Shown here piece by piece: positions 54,664-64,000 of a stretch of 64,000 nucleotides of DNA (the first letter of the stretch is position 1; every line of letters starts with the position of its first letter). The stretch is from the IMG/VR virus record IMGVR_UViG_3300047546_001190. One strand, given 5' to 3'. Position numbers and translations under genes: made by a program. The notes under the pieces are model-generated. The model saw nothing but the letters and a program-made list of their open reading frames with translations. It was not told the DNA's origin and ran no database searches. This stretch comes from an uncultured virus (IMG/VR IMGVR_UViG_3300047546_001190) (Duplodnaviria > Heunggongvirae > Uroviricota > Caudoviricetes).

Positions 54664-57192
54664 ATGAAACTAGCAGATCCATTAGCACAAACTTTTTATG
54701 TTAATCCCACTAGTGGGATATTTGTGACTTCTGTTGAGTTGTTTTTTCAATCTAAAGACGATCAACTTCCAGTAACAGTTCAATTAAGACCTATAGAACT
54801 TGGATATCCTACAAGTTCAATTTATCCATTTGCGGAAGTTGTACTTGATGCAAGTAAAGTAAATATATCTAGTAACGCATCAGTCCCAACAAAATTTACT
54901 TTTGAATCCCCTGTATATTTGTCTGGTGGAACATTTCACGCATTAGTGATAACATCAAATTCAGATCTTTATAATGTATGGGTTTCTAATGTTGGTGAAT
55001 TTGATGTAAGTAATGTATCAGAAACAGTTGCATTACAAGGTGGGCAAGAGTCTTCTAGAAGAGTAACAACAAAACAACCGAACTCTGGTGGACTGTATAA
55101 GTCGCAAAATGGATCTACTTGGAATGAAAGTCCATACGAAGATTTAAAATTTAGACTTTATAGAGCAAGATTTACGGAAACTGAAGGAAGTATCAATTTT
55201 TACAATCCAGACTTAGAAGTAGGAAATAATCAAGCACCAAACTTATTAAAAGACTCCTTAGAGTTTACATCCAGAAAAATTAGAGTTGGATTGGGCACAA
55301 CAGTTCAAGACTCTAATCTAACATTAGGAAACACAATATTACAGCAGGGATCAAACGGAACTGGAAACTATGTCGGTTCTGCAGGATCTGCTTTTGGTAC
55401 ATTAAGATTGATTAATCCAGGTATAGGATATACTCCATCTGCAGGAAACTACACTTATAATAATGTATCTTTAACTAGTGTAACTGGTAGTGGTGTTAAT
55501 GCAACAGCTAGTGTCAGTATACAAAATGGAGTAGCAGTTGCTGCCACAATCACTAGTGGTGGTGCCGGATATGTTATTGGTGATATTTTAACTCCTACTC
55601 AAGTTGGAGTAAGTTCTTTAGGACTTAATGCAAAATTTTCAGTATCCGATATTTTTGGAGTAAATCAATTAATAATAGATCAGGTTCAAGGAACATTTGA
55701 GGTTGGTGCAGGAAAAACTATTCAATATATTAATAATTCGGGAATAACCACAAATCTTAATGCATCTGTCGGTGGAAATGTTACTATCCTTTCAAATGGA
55801 ATAATCGAAATATCTGATGGACTTCACATAAAAGTAAATCATAAAAATCACGGAATGCACGCAACAGAAAATTCTGTGATAATTTCTGGAGTTGAACCTG
55901 ATGTTATTCCAACGACATTAACTACCGGATATGATGCGACATCAACTTCACAAATTATCTTGCAAGATGCTACCAATTTCTCAACATTTGAAAATGTAGG
56001 AGTTGCAAGCACAAATCCAGGATATATTTTGATTGGAGATGAAATAATTTCTTATACAGGAGTAAATGCAAATACCTTAACTGGAATAACTAGAGGAATT
56101 GATGGAACTAATTCATTTAGTTACACTATAGGAGCATTTGTGTATAAGTATGAGATTGCTGGTGTTTCGTTGAGAAGGATTAATAAACAACACATATTGT
56201 CGGATGCTTCTGTATCGGATCCGATAGATTTCGATTACTATACTCTAAAAATAAACACATCTAATACTGAATATACTGGTTCGTTACCACAAGGTATAAC
56301 TAATAGAAGTACATCTTCATTCCCAGATCTTTATATTAATGCAACGAAATCTTCGGGTGGTTCTGGAATAAAAGCAACTCAAAATATACAATTTGAAAGC
56401 ATAAGACCAGTTGTACAAACCTTGACTGTTCCTGGAACTAGTATTAGTTCTTTTGTCAGAACAGTTAGTGGTACAAGTGTTGATGGAACTGAAACTTCAT
56501 TCTTAGACCGTGGAATTCAAGATATAAATTTAAATTCAAATAATTATTTTGCAAATCCAAGATTGGTGTGTTCTTCAGTAAATGAATCCACAAAACTCTC
56601 AAGTTTGCCGGGAAACAAGTCTTTTACCTTAACTGCAAATTTATTTACAGCAAGTAATTATGTTTCTCCTGTTATAGATCTGGATAGAGTTGGTATTATT
56701 TTTACAACCAATAGGATTAATAATCCAATCGAAAATTATGCGGCAGATGATAGAGTTTCTACATTAGAAAATGATCCATCATCTTTTGTTTATGCTACCG
56801 ATATTCTTTCATTAGAAAATTCTGCAACATCGATTAAAGTATTAGTTTCTGCACATATCAATACTTACTGTGATCTTAGAGTTTTATATTCTGTTTTGGG
56901 TAATAGGGATGAAACTCCAGTATATTATCCATTCCCCGGATATGCAAATAAACAGAGATTAGATTCTGGATTAGAACCTAATGATTCCCTTAGTGACGGA
57001 ACACCAGATGCTAGATTTGCTAAAACTGATACTGTTGGATTTGATTCTCAATCAATAGAATTTAAAGATTATGAATTTACTGTTGACAATTTACCTTCAT
57101 TTAGATATTTTACAATCAAAATTGTAGGATCTTCTACTAACCAAGCTTATCCTCCAAGATTGAAAAATCTTAGAGTTATTGCACTTGCATAA
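54664..57192 (+). CDS. VrlC-like virion structural protein, C-terminal part
   Basis: DPLAQTF...KSQNGSTW...DLKFRLYRA...LRVIALA. Confidence 0.75.
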   Translation: MKLADPLAQTFYVNPTSGIFVTSVELFFQSKDDQLPVTVQLRPIELGYPTSSIYPFAEVVLDASKVNISSNASVPTKFTFESPVYLSGGTFHALVITSNSDLYNVWVSNVGEFDVSNVSETVALQGGQESSRRVTTKQPNSGGLYKSQNGSTWNESPYEDLKFRLYRARFTETEGSINFYNPDLEVGNNQAPNLLKDSLEFTSRKIRVGLGTTVQDSNLTLGNTILQQGSNGTGNYVGSAGSAFGTLRLINPGIGYTPSAGNYTYNNVSLTSVTGSGVNATASVSIQNGVAVAATITSGGAGYVIGDILTPTQVGVSSLGLNAKFSVSDIFGVNQLIIDQVQGTFEVGAGKTIQYINNSGITTNLNASVGGNVTILSNGIIEISDGLHIKVNHKNHGMHATENSVIISGVEPDVIPTTLTTGYDATSTSQIILQDATNFSTFENVGVASTNPGYILIGDEIISYTGVNANTLTGITRGIDGTNSFSYTIGAFVYKYEIAGVSLRRINKQHILSDASVSDPIDFDYYTLKINTSNTEYTGSLPQGITNRSTSSFPDLYINATKSSGGSGIKATQNIQFESIRPVVQTLTVPGTSISSFVRTVSGTSVDGTETSFLDRGIQDINLNSNNYFANPRLVCSSVNESTKLSSLPGNKSFTLTANLFTASNYVSPVIDLDRVGIIFTTNRINNPIENYAADDRVSTLENDPSSFVYATDILSLENSATSIKVLVSAHINTYCDLRVLYSVLGNRDETPVYYPFPGYANKQRLDSGLEPNDSLSDGTPDARFAKTDTVGFDSQSIEFKDYEFTVDNLPSFRYFTIKIVGSSTNQAYPPRLKNLRVIALA

Positions 57193-57194
57193 TT

Positions 57195-57413
57195 ATGGAA
57201 AAAATTAAAGTAGAAAATCATCCCAATCTTTATAGGGATGCAAATACAAATATGATAGTTAATTCAGATTCTTTATCCTATAATTCATATATCAATATGA
57301 AAAAGAATAAAGAAAATGAGAGGAAAAGAATTGAAAAATTGGAAAATGATATTGATCAGGTCAAAAATGATCTAAGTGAAATTAAAGATTTATTAAGGAA
57401 TTTATCAAAATGA
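57195..57413 (+). CDS. Small coiled-coil protein upstream of gp13
   Basis: KVENHPNLYRD... followed by a heptad tail. Confidence 0.7.
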   Translation: MEKIKVENHPNLYRDANTNMIVNSDSLSYNSYINMKKNKENERKRIEKLENDIDQVKNDLSEIKDLLRNLSK

Positions 57414-57574
57414 ACCCAGATCAAATACAACTAGAAGATGTCAATAAGATGTTTGAATATGAAAAACTTTCTAGAGATATAGATAGTATAGATGATATTG
57501 AAGTTCTTAAGAACTACTCAAAGTCTTATATTAAATTATATCTAAAACAGCAAGAAGTTGTATCTAAATTCTAA
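57410..57574 (+). CDS. 54-aa helical protein, possible NblA-like phycobilisome degradation adaptor
   Basis: Hand-translated MNPDQIQLEDVNKMFEYEKLSRDIDSIDDIEVLKNYSKSYIKLYLKQQEVVSKF; coupled at both ends. Confidence 0.45.
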   Translation: MNPDQIQLEDVNKMFEYEKLSRDIDSIDDIEVLKNYSKSYIKLYLKQQEVVSKF

Positions 57575-58413
57575 TGGCACAACCATCAACCAGGCAAGAA
57601 TTAATTGATTATTGTAAGAGAAAACTGGGTGCTCCAGTTTTAGAAATTAATGTTGCCGATGAGCAGATTGAAGATTTAGTTGACGATGCCATTCAATTTT
57701 TTCAAGAAAGACACTTTGATGGTGTATATCAAACTTTCTTGAAATATAAAATCACAGATGATGATATTAATAGAGGAAAAGCATCTGGTGCTAATGGGGT
57801 AGGAGTTTCAACAATCACCGTTAATCAAAATGTTGGACTTACTACTCAATTTAACTTTTATGAAACTGGGAATTATTTACAAATTCCACCATCAGTAATT
57901 GGTGTTAATAAGATATTCCACTTTGATGGAACTAACACTATTACTAATAACATGTTTAGTGTTAAGTATCAGTTATTCTTAAACGATGTTTATTATTGGG
58001 GATCGACTGAAATACTAACTTATGCGATGGTAAAAACTTATCTTGAAGATATTGAATTTTTACTCACTACACAAAAACAGATTAGATTTAACAAAAGACA
58101 AGATAGACTATATCTAGATATTGATTGGGGTGCGATGAGTTCTGATACTTATCTTGTTATTGATTGCTACAGAATGTTGGATCCAAATGATTACTCACGA
58201 GTGTGGAATGATTCGTTCTTAAAACCATATTTGACTGCTTTGATCAAACGTCAGTGGGGTCAGAATTTAATTAAATTCCAAGGAGTAAAACTGCCAGGTG
58301 GCATAGAACTTAATGGCAGACAAATTTATGATGATGCTCAAAGAGAAATAGATTTGATCATGGAAAGAATGTCTAATACTTATGAACTCCCACCATTAGA
58401 CATGATAGGATAA
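57574..58413 (+). CDS. gp13: Neck protein gp13
   Basis: LGAPVLEINV...QWGQNLIKFQGVKLPGG. Confidence 0.92.
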   Translation: MAQPSTRQELIDYCKRKLGAPVLEINVADEQIEDLVDDAIQFFQERHFDGVYQTFLKYKITDDDINRGKASGANGVGVSTITVNQNVGLTTQFNFYETGNYLQIPPSVIGVNKIFHFDGTNTITNNMFSVKYQLFLNDVYYWGSTEILTYAMVKTYLEDIEFLLTTQKQIRFNKRQDRLYLDIDWGAMSSDTYLVIDCYRMLDPNDYSRVWNDSFLKPYLTALIKRQWGQNLIKFQGVKLPGGIELNGRQIYDDAQREIDLIMERMSNTYELPPLDMIG

Positions 58414-58414
58414 T

Positions 58415-59800
58415 ATGCTTAATCCATTTTTCCTACAAGGTTCAAAATCCGAACAAAGTTTGATCCAGGATTTGGTAAACGAACAACTCCGAATGTATGG
58501 AGTTGAAATATATTATATTCCAAGGAGATATATTACAACAAATACTGTAATCAAAGAGGTTATAGAATCTAAATTTGATAATGCATATCCATTAGAAGCA
58601 TATGTTAGTACTTATGATGGTTATGAAGGGCAGGGAACAATACTTTCAAAATTTGGTGTTCAACCATTAAATGATTTGACTCTGGTTATTTCTAGAGAAA
58701 GATTCGAAACTTATATCAGTCCTTTAATAAAAAATGTTCCAAATATAGAGTTGGCAACAAGACCTAAAGAAGGAGACTTGATTTATTTCCCTCTCGGTGA
58801 TAGATTATTTGAAATTAAATTTGTTGAGCACGAAAAACCATTCTATCAACTTCAGAAAAATTATGTCTATGAGTTAAGATGCGAACTCTTTAGATATGAA
58901 GATGAAGTTGTTGATACTGGAATTGATTATATTGATGATAACGTAGAAGAAGAAGGTTATATTCAATCTCTAACTATGGTTGGTAGTGGAACAACTGCTA
59001 CTGCTATTACTGGAATAGTTAATGGTGGAATTAGATTTATTACCGTTACAAATAGAGGAAACGGATATACATCTGCTCCAAGAGTAGCAATTTCTTCTGC
59101 ACCTACTGGTGGATTAACTGCAGTAGGAATTGCTACGATGATCGGTGGTTTGGTTGATTGTAATGGAAACAAAGAAAAATATAAAGTTCAAGGCGTAGAA
59201 CTTATAAATCCTGGATATGGATATTCCGTTGCTCCATCAATTGCTTTTGTTGGTGGTGGAGGAGCAGGTGCAGCTGCAACTGCAACAATTGGTAATGGAA
59301 TTGTTGGAATTGTAACTCTAACTTCTGGTGGGTCTGGATACGAAAATCCACCAACTGTAACTATTAGTCCTGCTCCAGTGGGAACAGGAATCACTGCTGT
59401 AGCAACAGCTTATATTAATGCTGCTGGTGTTGTAACATCAATTTATGTCAAGAATGCTGGACTTGGATACACAACAACTCCAACAATCACAATATCTTCA
59501 CCATATTCTTCAGGAATAGGAACTTATGTTCCTAATGAAATTGTAACAGGAAGTATTAGTGGAACAACTGCCAGAGTTAAAAAATGGAACTCTCAAACTA
59601 ATGTTCTCCAAGTATCAAATATTAGTGGAAACTTTGCTAAAGGTGATGTCTTGACAGGATCTAAGTCTGGAGCATCATACAAACTAAGAGTTGTTGAGCA
59701 ATACGATAAAGTAGATAGATATGCTCAAAATGATACTATTGAAACTGAAGCAGATGAGATTATGGACTTTTCCGAGTTAAATCCATTTGGTAATCCATAA
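58415..59800 (+). CDS. gp14: Neck protein gp14
   Basis: NPFF...RPKEGDLIYFP...FEIKFVEHE...NPFG. Confidence 0.9.
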   Translation: MLNPFFLQGSKSEQSLIQDLVNEQLRMYGVEIYYIPRRYITTNTVIKEVIESKFDNAYPLEAYVSTYDGYEGQGTILSKFGVQPLNDLTLVISRERFETYISPLIKNVPNIELATRPKEGDLIYFPLGDRLFEIKFVEHEKPFYQLQKNYVYELRCELFRYEDEVVDTGIDYIDDNVEEEGYIQSLTMVGSGTTATAITGIVNGGIRFITVTNRGNGYTSAPRVAISSAPTGGLTAVGIATMIGGLVDCNGNKEKYKVQGVELINPGYGYSVAPSIAFVGGGGAGAAATATIGNGIVGIVTLTSGGSGYENPPTVTISPAPVGTGITAVATAYINAAGVVTSIYVKNAGLGYTTTPTITISSPYSSGIGTYVPNEIVTGSISGTTARVKKWNSQTNVLQVSNISGNFAKGDVLTGSKSGASYKLRVVEQYDKVDRYAQNDTIETEADEIMDFSELNPFGNP

Positions 59801-59825
59801 ATAATATATCTAACTTTCCTGACAA

Positions 59826-60824
59826 ATGTTTGAATATTTTTACCACGAAATATTAAGAAGAACTATTATTTCGTTTGGTTCTTTGTTCAATAATATTGCG
59901 ATTAAGCATACAAATAATTCCAATCAAGTTGTAAGTTCTATAAAAGTACCTCTCGCTTATGGTCCTACACAAAAGTTCTTAGCAAGATTAGAGCAGGTTC
60001 CAGATCTCAACAAACCAGTTCAAATGAGTCTTCCCAGAATGTCATTTGAATTTACTGGACTTACTTATGATACTTCTAGAAAGGTAACAACTACTCAAAC
60101 GTTTTTATCTGCAATAACAGCAGATAAGACCCAACCAAGAAAATCATTCATGCCAGTTCCATATAATATGTCATTTGAACTGAGCATCATGACAAAGTTG
60201 AATGATGATATGCTGCAAATTATTGAGCAAATAGTTCCTTATTTCCAACCAGCATATACGATGAGTGTAGATTTGGTTGAGACTATTGGAGAAAAGAGAG
60301 ATATTCCTGTTGTTCTTGAAGGTATCTCTATGCAGGATGATTATGAAGGTGATTATTCGACAAGAAGAGCATTAATATATACTCTCAGATTTACAGCAAA
60401 AACATATCTGTTTGGACCTGTTGCAGATGTATCCAAGGATGTCATCCAAAAGGTTTCTGTTGGTTATATTGCTGGAGATCGTACAAATACACCTACAAGA
60501 GAAGTAACTTACTCTGTTGATCCAAGAGCAACTAAGAGTTACTCAAATAATGTTGTAACAACCTTGGCAAAAGATCTTACAGATTTAGCAACAATTATTG
60601 AAGTTGCTGATGCTTCTTCAATAGGAGTTGGTGGAGTAATTATTATTGATGATGAAAACTTTAGAGTTGCTTCTAAGTCAGCAAATAAAATTACAGTTGA
60701 AAGAGGATTTGATGAAACATCACCATCAAATCATGTATCGGGTGCTGAGGTTAAACTAATTACAACTGCTGATGCAAATCTCATAGAGTTTGGGGACGAT
60801 TTTGGTTTTGATGGAACGTTATGA
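59826..60824 (+). CDS. gp15: Tail sheath stabilizer/terminator gp15
   Basis: YFYHE...VPLAYGP...LPRMSFE...EQIVPYFQP. Confidence 0.92.
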   Translation: MFEYFYHEILRRTIISFGSLFNNIAIKHTNNSNQVVSSIKVPLAYGPTQKFLARLEQVPDLNKPVQMSLPRMSFEFTGLTYDTSRKVTTTQTFLSAITADKTQPRKSFMPVPYNMSFELSIMTKLNDDMLQIIEQIVPYFQPAYTMSVDLVETIGEKRDIPVVLEGISMQDDYEGDYSTRRALIYTLRFTAKTYLFGPVADVSKDVIQKVSVGYIAGDRTNTPTREVTYSVDPRATKSYSNNVVTTLAKDLTDLATIIEVADASSIGVGGVIIIDDENFRVASKSANKITVERGFDETSPSNHVSGAEVKLITTADANLIEFGDDFGFDGTL

Positions 60825-61252
60825 AAATGACAAAAAAGTTTGACAACTTAAATGATACATTTAATGTTGCGGGAGATATTGTATCTTCAGAAGTAGAAAC
60901 AGTTGAAAAAAAGATTGAATCCATTTCTTCAATCTCAGACGACTTGAAAAAAGACTATGAGTATACAAGAGGAAACTTATATTCCATCATCGAAAAAGGT
61001 CAGGAAGCACTTAACGGTATTCTAGAACTTGCGCAAGAAAGTGAAATGCCTCGTGCTTATGAAGTTGCTGGTCAGTTGATTAAAAATGTTGCGGATGCTA
61101 CAGACAAATTAATTGACTTACAAAAGAAACTCAAAGATATTGATGAGCAAAAAGTTAAGGGTCCAACAAATGTCACAAATGCTCTATTTGTTGGATCTAC
61201 AGCAGAATTATCCAAGTTACTAAAGAATCAACTTGATCCGGAAGATAAATAA
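60821..61252 (+). CDS. gp16: Terminase small subunit gp16
   Basis: DYEYTRGNLY...PRAYEVAGQLIK...FVGSTAEL. Confidence 0.9.
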   Translation: MKMTKKFDNLNDTFNVAGDIVSSEVETVEKKIESISSISDDLKKDYEYTRGNLYSIIEKGQEALNGILELAQESEMPRAYEVAGQLIKNVADATDKLIDLQKKLKDIDEQKVKGPTNVTNALFVGSTAELSKLLKNQLDPEDK

Positions 61253-61262
61253 AAATAAAAAC

Positions 61263-62894
61263 ATGAATGCTCTGAAATCTCATAAAACAGTTGAACAAAT
61301 TGCAAAGAAGCATCGTCTTGATGTTTCTTTCATTCAAAAACAACTTGACATGGGTGAACCTATTGAGCATGAACATACTAAAGATCATGATCTTGCAAGA
61401 GATATTGCTCTTCAACACTTAGATGAAATTCCAGATTACTATACCCGTTTGAAGAAAATGGAATCGGATGCTAAGAAACATCATAAGCAATTCAAAGATG
61501 TAAAAGTATCCGAAGATCTTCGTGATTGGTTTGGAAAAGGTGGAGAAGGTGGTGTAGGTGGTGGTGGATGGGATCGTTACAACACTAAAGGTGAAAGAAT
61601 TGGTAAATGTGCTCGTGAACCTGGAGAACCAAAACCAAAATGTCTTTCAAAGGAAAAGGCAGCAAAAATGTCTAAGGATCAAATTGCTGCTGCTGTAAGA
61701 AGAAAGAGAGCAAAAGATCCTGTTGCTGATAGATCAGGTAAAGGAGGAAAACCAGTCATGGTATCTAATAAGATTAAGGAAGAAATGGAAGAGCAAAGAT
61801 ATTGCCCTCTTTGTGATAAAAGAGAGACTAAATCAGAATGTTCTTATGGTAAGAAAGCATGGGAAGATTTTTCAGTGAAAGATCACGAGTATTCTATGGC
61901 AAGATCTGAACTATCAACTGTAGCAGCTGCAGTTAAAAGACTTCAGAAGAAAATGGGTAAAGGTGAGGGTAATATTGAAGCATGGGTACAATCCAAGATT
62001 ACAAAAGCAGCAGATTACTTGGATAGTGCTGCAGACTATGTGGATAGTGGAGAAATGGAAGAGGCATGTTGGTCTGGATATAAGCAGGTTGGCATGAAAA
62101 AGAAAGGAAAGAGAATTGTTCCAAATTGTGTTCCAACTAGTGAAAGTAAATTGGTTAATGAAATTCTAGAACAAATTGAAGGTGAAAAAGAACTGAAGAA
62201 ACTGGAAGAGGAGAATAAACCAACCAATCCAAAACTCTGGTCTAGAGCAAAGGCACTTGCTAGACAAAAGTTTGATGTATATCCAAGTGCATATGCTAAT
62301 GGTTGGGCATCAAAATGGTATAAGTCGAAAGGTGGTGGTTGGAAATCTGTAAGTGAAGAGGTTGAGTTAGAAGAAGCAACTAGACTTCAAGCAGAGAATG
62401 GAAACATTATTGCTGTTATTCTTTCTTGGAGAGGAAAGACTTATTCTGCAAGAATGTTCTTCCCACAACCAAACATGCCATCTAGAAAAGATGTAACTGA
62501 TGAGATTCAAAAGGTGTATCCAGGATCTCAAGTTCTTCAATATAATGTATCTGGACTTCAACCAGGAATGCCTTTGATTCAAGTTATTGATCAAAGATCC
62601 AAAAACTATCTCTTGAATAATAAAACTATTGGAGAAGATTGGCAGAAAGTAAATCGTCAAGATAAGACTGATGGTTTAAGTCAAGCAGCAGTTAATGCTT
62701 ACCGTAGAGAAAATCCAGGTTCTAAATTGCAAACAGCAGTTACTGAAAAAAATCCCAGTGGTAAGAGAGCAAAACGCAGATCTTCATTTTGTAGTCGTAT
62801 GAAAGGAATGAAGTCAAAACTTACTTCAGCAAAAACTGCGAGAGATCCAGATTCAAGAATCAATAAAGCACTGCGTCGTTGGAACTGTAATTAA
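61263..62894 (+). CDS. Multi-module basic protein, probable internal virion protein
   Basis: GATAAATA upstream; modules EHEHT...DYYTRL, LRDWF, CWSGY, YPSAYAN and SFCSRM...RRWNC separated by Glu-rich linkers. Confidence 0.6.
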   Translation: MNALKSHKTVEQIAKKHRLDVSFIQKQLDMGEPIEHEHTKDHDLARDIALQHLDEIPDYYTRLKKMESDAKKHHKQFKDVKVSEDLRDWFGKGGEGGVGGGGWDRYNTKGERIGKCAREPGEPKPKCLSKEKAAKMSKDQIAAAVRRKRAKDPVADRSGKGGKPVMVSNKIKEEMEEQRYCPLCDKRETKSECSYGKKAWEDFSVKDHEYSMARSELSTVAAAVKRLQKKMGKGEGNIEAWVQSKITKAADYLDSAADYVDSGEMEEACWSGYKQVGMKKKGKRIVPNCVPTSESKLVNEILEQIEGEKELKKLEEENKPTNPKLWSRAKALARQKFDVYPSAYANGWASKWYKSKGGGWKSVSEEVELEEATRLQAENGNIIAVILSWRGKTYSARMFFPQPNMPSRKDVTDEIQKVYPGSQVLQYNVSGLQPGMPLIQVIDQRSKNYLLNNKTIGEDWQKVNRQDKTDGLSQAAVNAYRRENPGSKLQTAVTEKNPSGKRAKRRSSFCSRMKGMKSKLTSAKTARDPDSRINKALRRWNCN

Positions 62895-62910
62895 GTAGTA
62901 GGTTTTCGTT

Positions 62911-64000
62911 ATGTCAAATGATGTTTATCTTGGTAATCCGTTACTAAAAAAAGCAAATACACCAATCGAGTTTACTCAAGATCAGATTCTTGAGTTTGTG
63001 AAGTGTAAGGAAGATCCTGTTTACTTTGCAAAGAACTATGTGAAGATTGTGACTCTGGATAAGGGATTGCAACCTTTCCAGATGTATCCTTTTCAGGAGA
63101 AGTTGGTTAATAACTTCCACAATCATAGGTTTAATATCTGTAAGATGCCACGACAGACTGGTAAATCAACCACTGTAGTGTCCTTCCTGCTCCACTATGC
63201 CGTCTTTAATGATAATGTCAACATAGGTATCCTTGCAAACAAAGCAGCAACCGCAAGGGAGCTCCTGGATAGGTTACAGACTGCATACGAAAACTTACCT
63301 AAGTGGATGCAGCAGGGTATTATATCTTGGAACAAAGGTTCTTTAGAATTAGAGAATGGATCAAAGATTCTGGCTGCTTCTACGTCTGCAAGTGCTGTCC
63401 GAGGCATGTCATTCAATATCCTCTTCCTGGACGAATTTGCGTTCGTTCCAAACCATATTGCAGATTCCTTCTTTGCATCTGTTTATCCTACTATTACTTC
63501 TGGTAAGAGCACGAAAGTAATCATCGTTTCTACACCACACGGTATGAATCACTTCTACCGCATGTGGCACGATGCAGAAAAGAAGAAGAACGAATATATT
63601 CCAACTGATGTTCACTGGAGTGAAGTTCCTGGAAGAGATGAAGTTTGGAAGGCTCAAACTATTGCCAACACATCAGACCAGCAGTTTAAGGTTGAGTTTG
63701 AGTGTGAGTTCTTAGGATCTGTTGATACTCTGATTGCTCCCAGCAAACTGAAGAGTTTGGTTTATGATCATCCTCTTAAAAGAAGTGCTGGTTTAGATGT
63801 TTATGAAGATGTAAAAGAAAACCACGATTATGTAATCACAGTTGACGTTGCTCGTGGTGTAGGAAATGACTACTCTGCATTTACGGTCATAGACATTACA
63901 ACATTCCCACATAAGGTAGTAGCAAAGTATAGAAACAACGAAATCAAACCGATGCTATTCCCAAGCATTATTGTGGACGTTGCAAAGAATTATAATGATT
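62911..64000 (+). CDS. gp17: Terminase large subunit gp17 (3' partial)
   Basis: Hand-translated MSNDVYLGNPLLKKAN...MPRQTGKST (Walker A)...LFLDEFAF (Walker B); open to the window end. Confidence 0.95.
   Translation, partial: MSNDVYLGNPLLKKANTPIEFTQDQILEFVKCKEDPVYFAKNYVKIVTLDKGLQPFQMYPFQEKLVNNFHNHRFNICKMPRQTGKSTTVVSFLLHYAVFNDNVNIGILANKAATARELLDRLQTAYENLPKWMQQGIISWNKGSLELENGSKILAASTSASAVRGMSFNILFLDEFAFVPNHIADSFFASVYPTITSGKSTKVIIVSTPHGMNHFYRMWHDAEKKKNEYIPTDVHWSEVPGRDEVWKAQTIANTSDQQFKVEFECEFLGSVDTLIAPSKLKSLVYDHPLKRSAGLDVYEDVKENHDYVITVDVARGVGNDYSAFTVIDITTFPHKVVAKYRNNEIKPMLFPSIIVDVAKNYND

Noticed and set aside
62944..63657. Short ORFs listed in the track near the right end
   Set aside because: They lie within the gp17 frame (62911 to the end), which the track omitted because it has no stop in the window
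1..64000. tRNA or rRNA genes
   Set aside because: No cloverleaf or rRNA-like segment was recognised by eye; tRNAscan was not run

Overview
This window is a 64-kb segment of a T4-like cyanomyovirus (Kyanoviridae-type) genome, coded almost entirely on the + strand. From 1 to 7.3 kb it holds a partial collagen-like tail fibre, a Gly-rich adhesin-like gene and glycan-modifying enzymes. From 7.3 to 30.4 kb lies an early/accessory region of mostly small ORFs. From 33 to 64 kb is the canonical structural module: gp25, gp6, gp7, gp8, a VrlC-like protein split in two, gp13-gp16 and the start of gp17. The most striking unexplained structure is a near-invariant 32-bp direct repeat, AAAGTTACTCACCTC(C/G)AAAGTGTACCTATA(G/A)T, present 13 times (11256-29809). 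Each copy sits within 0-13 nt of an upstream stop codon, and six are fused directly to an in-frame ATG, so the region reads as an array of repeat-bounded gene cassettes. Other notable items are a candidate origin with cyanobacterial-type DnaA boxes at about 29.3 kb, an HNH gene that has split a resident gene and carries a palindromic two-way late promoter, and a small NblA-like ORF before gp13. All functional calls come from reading motifs by eye; no database searches were run.
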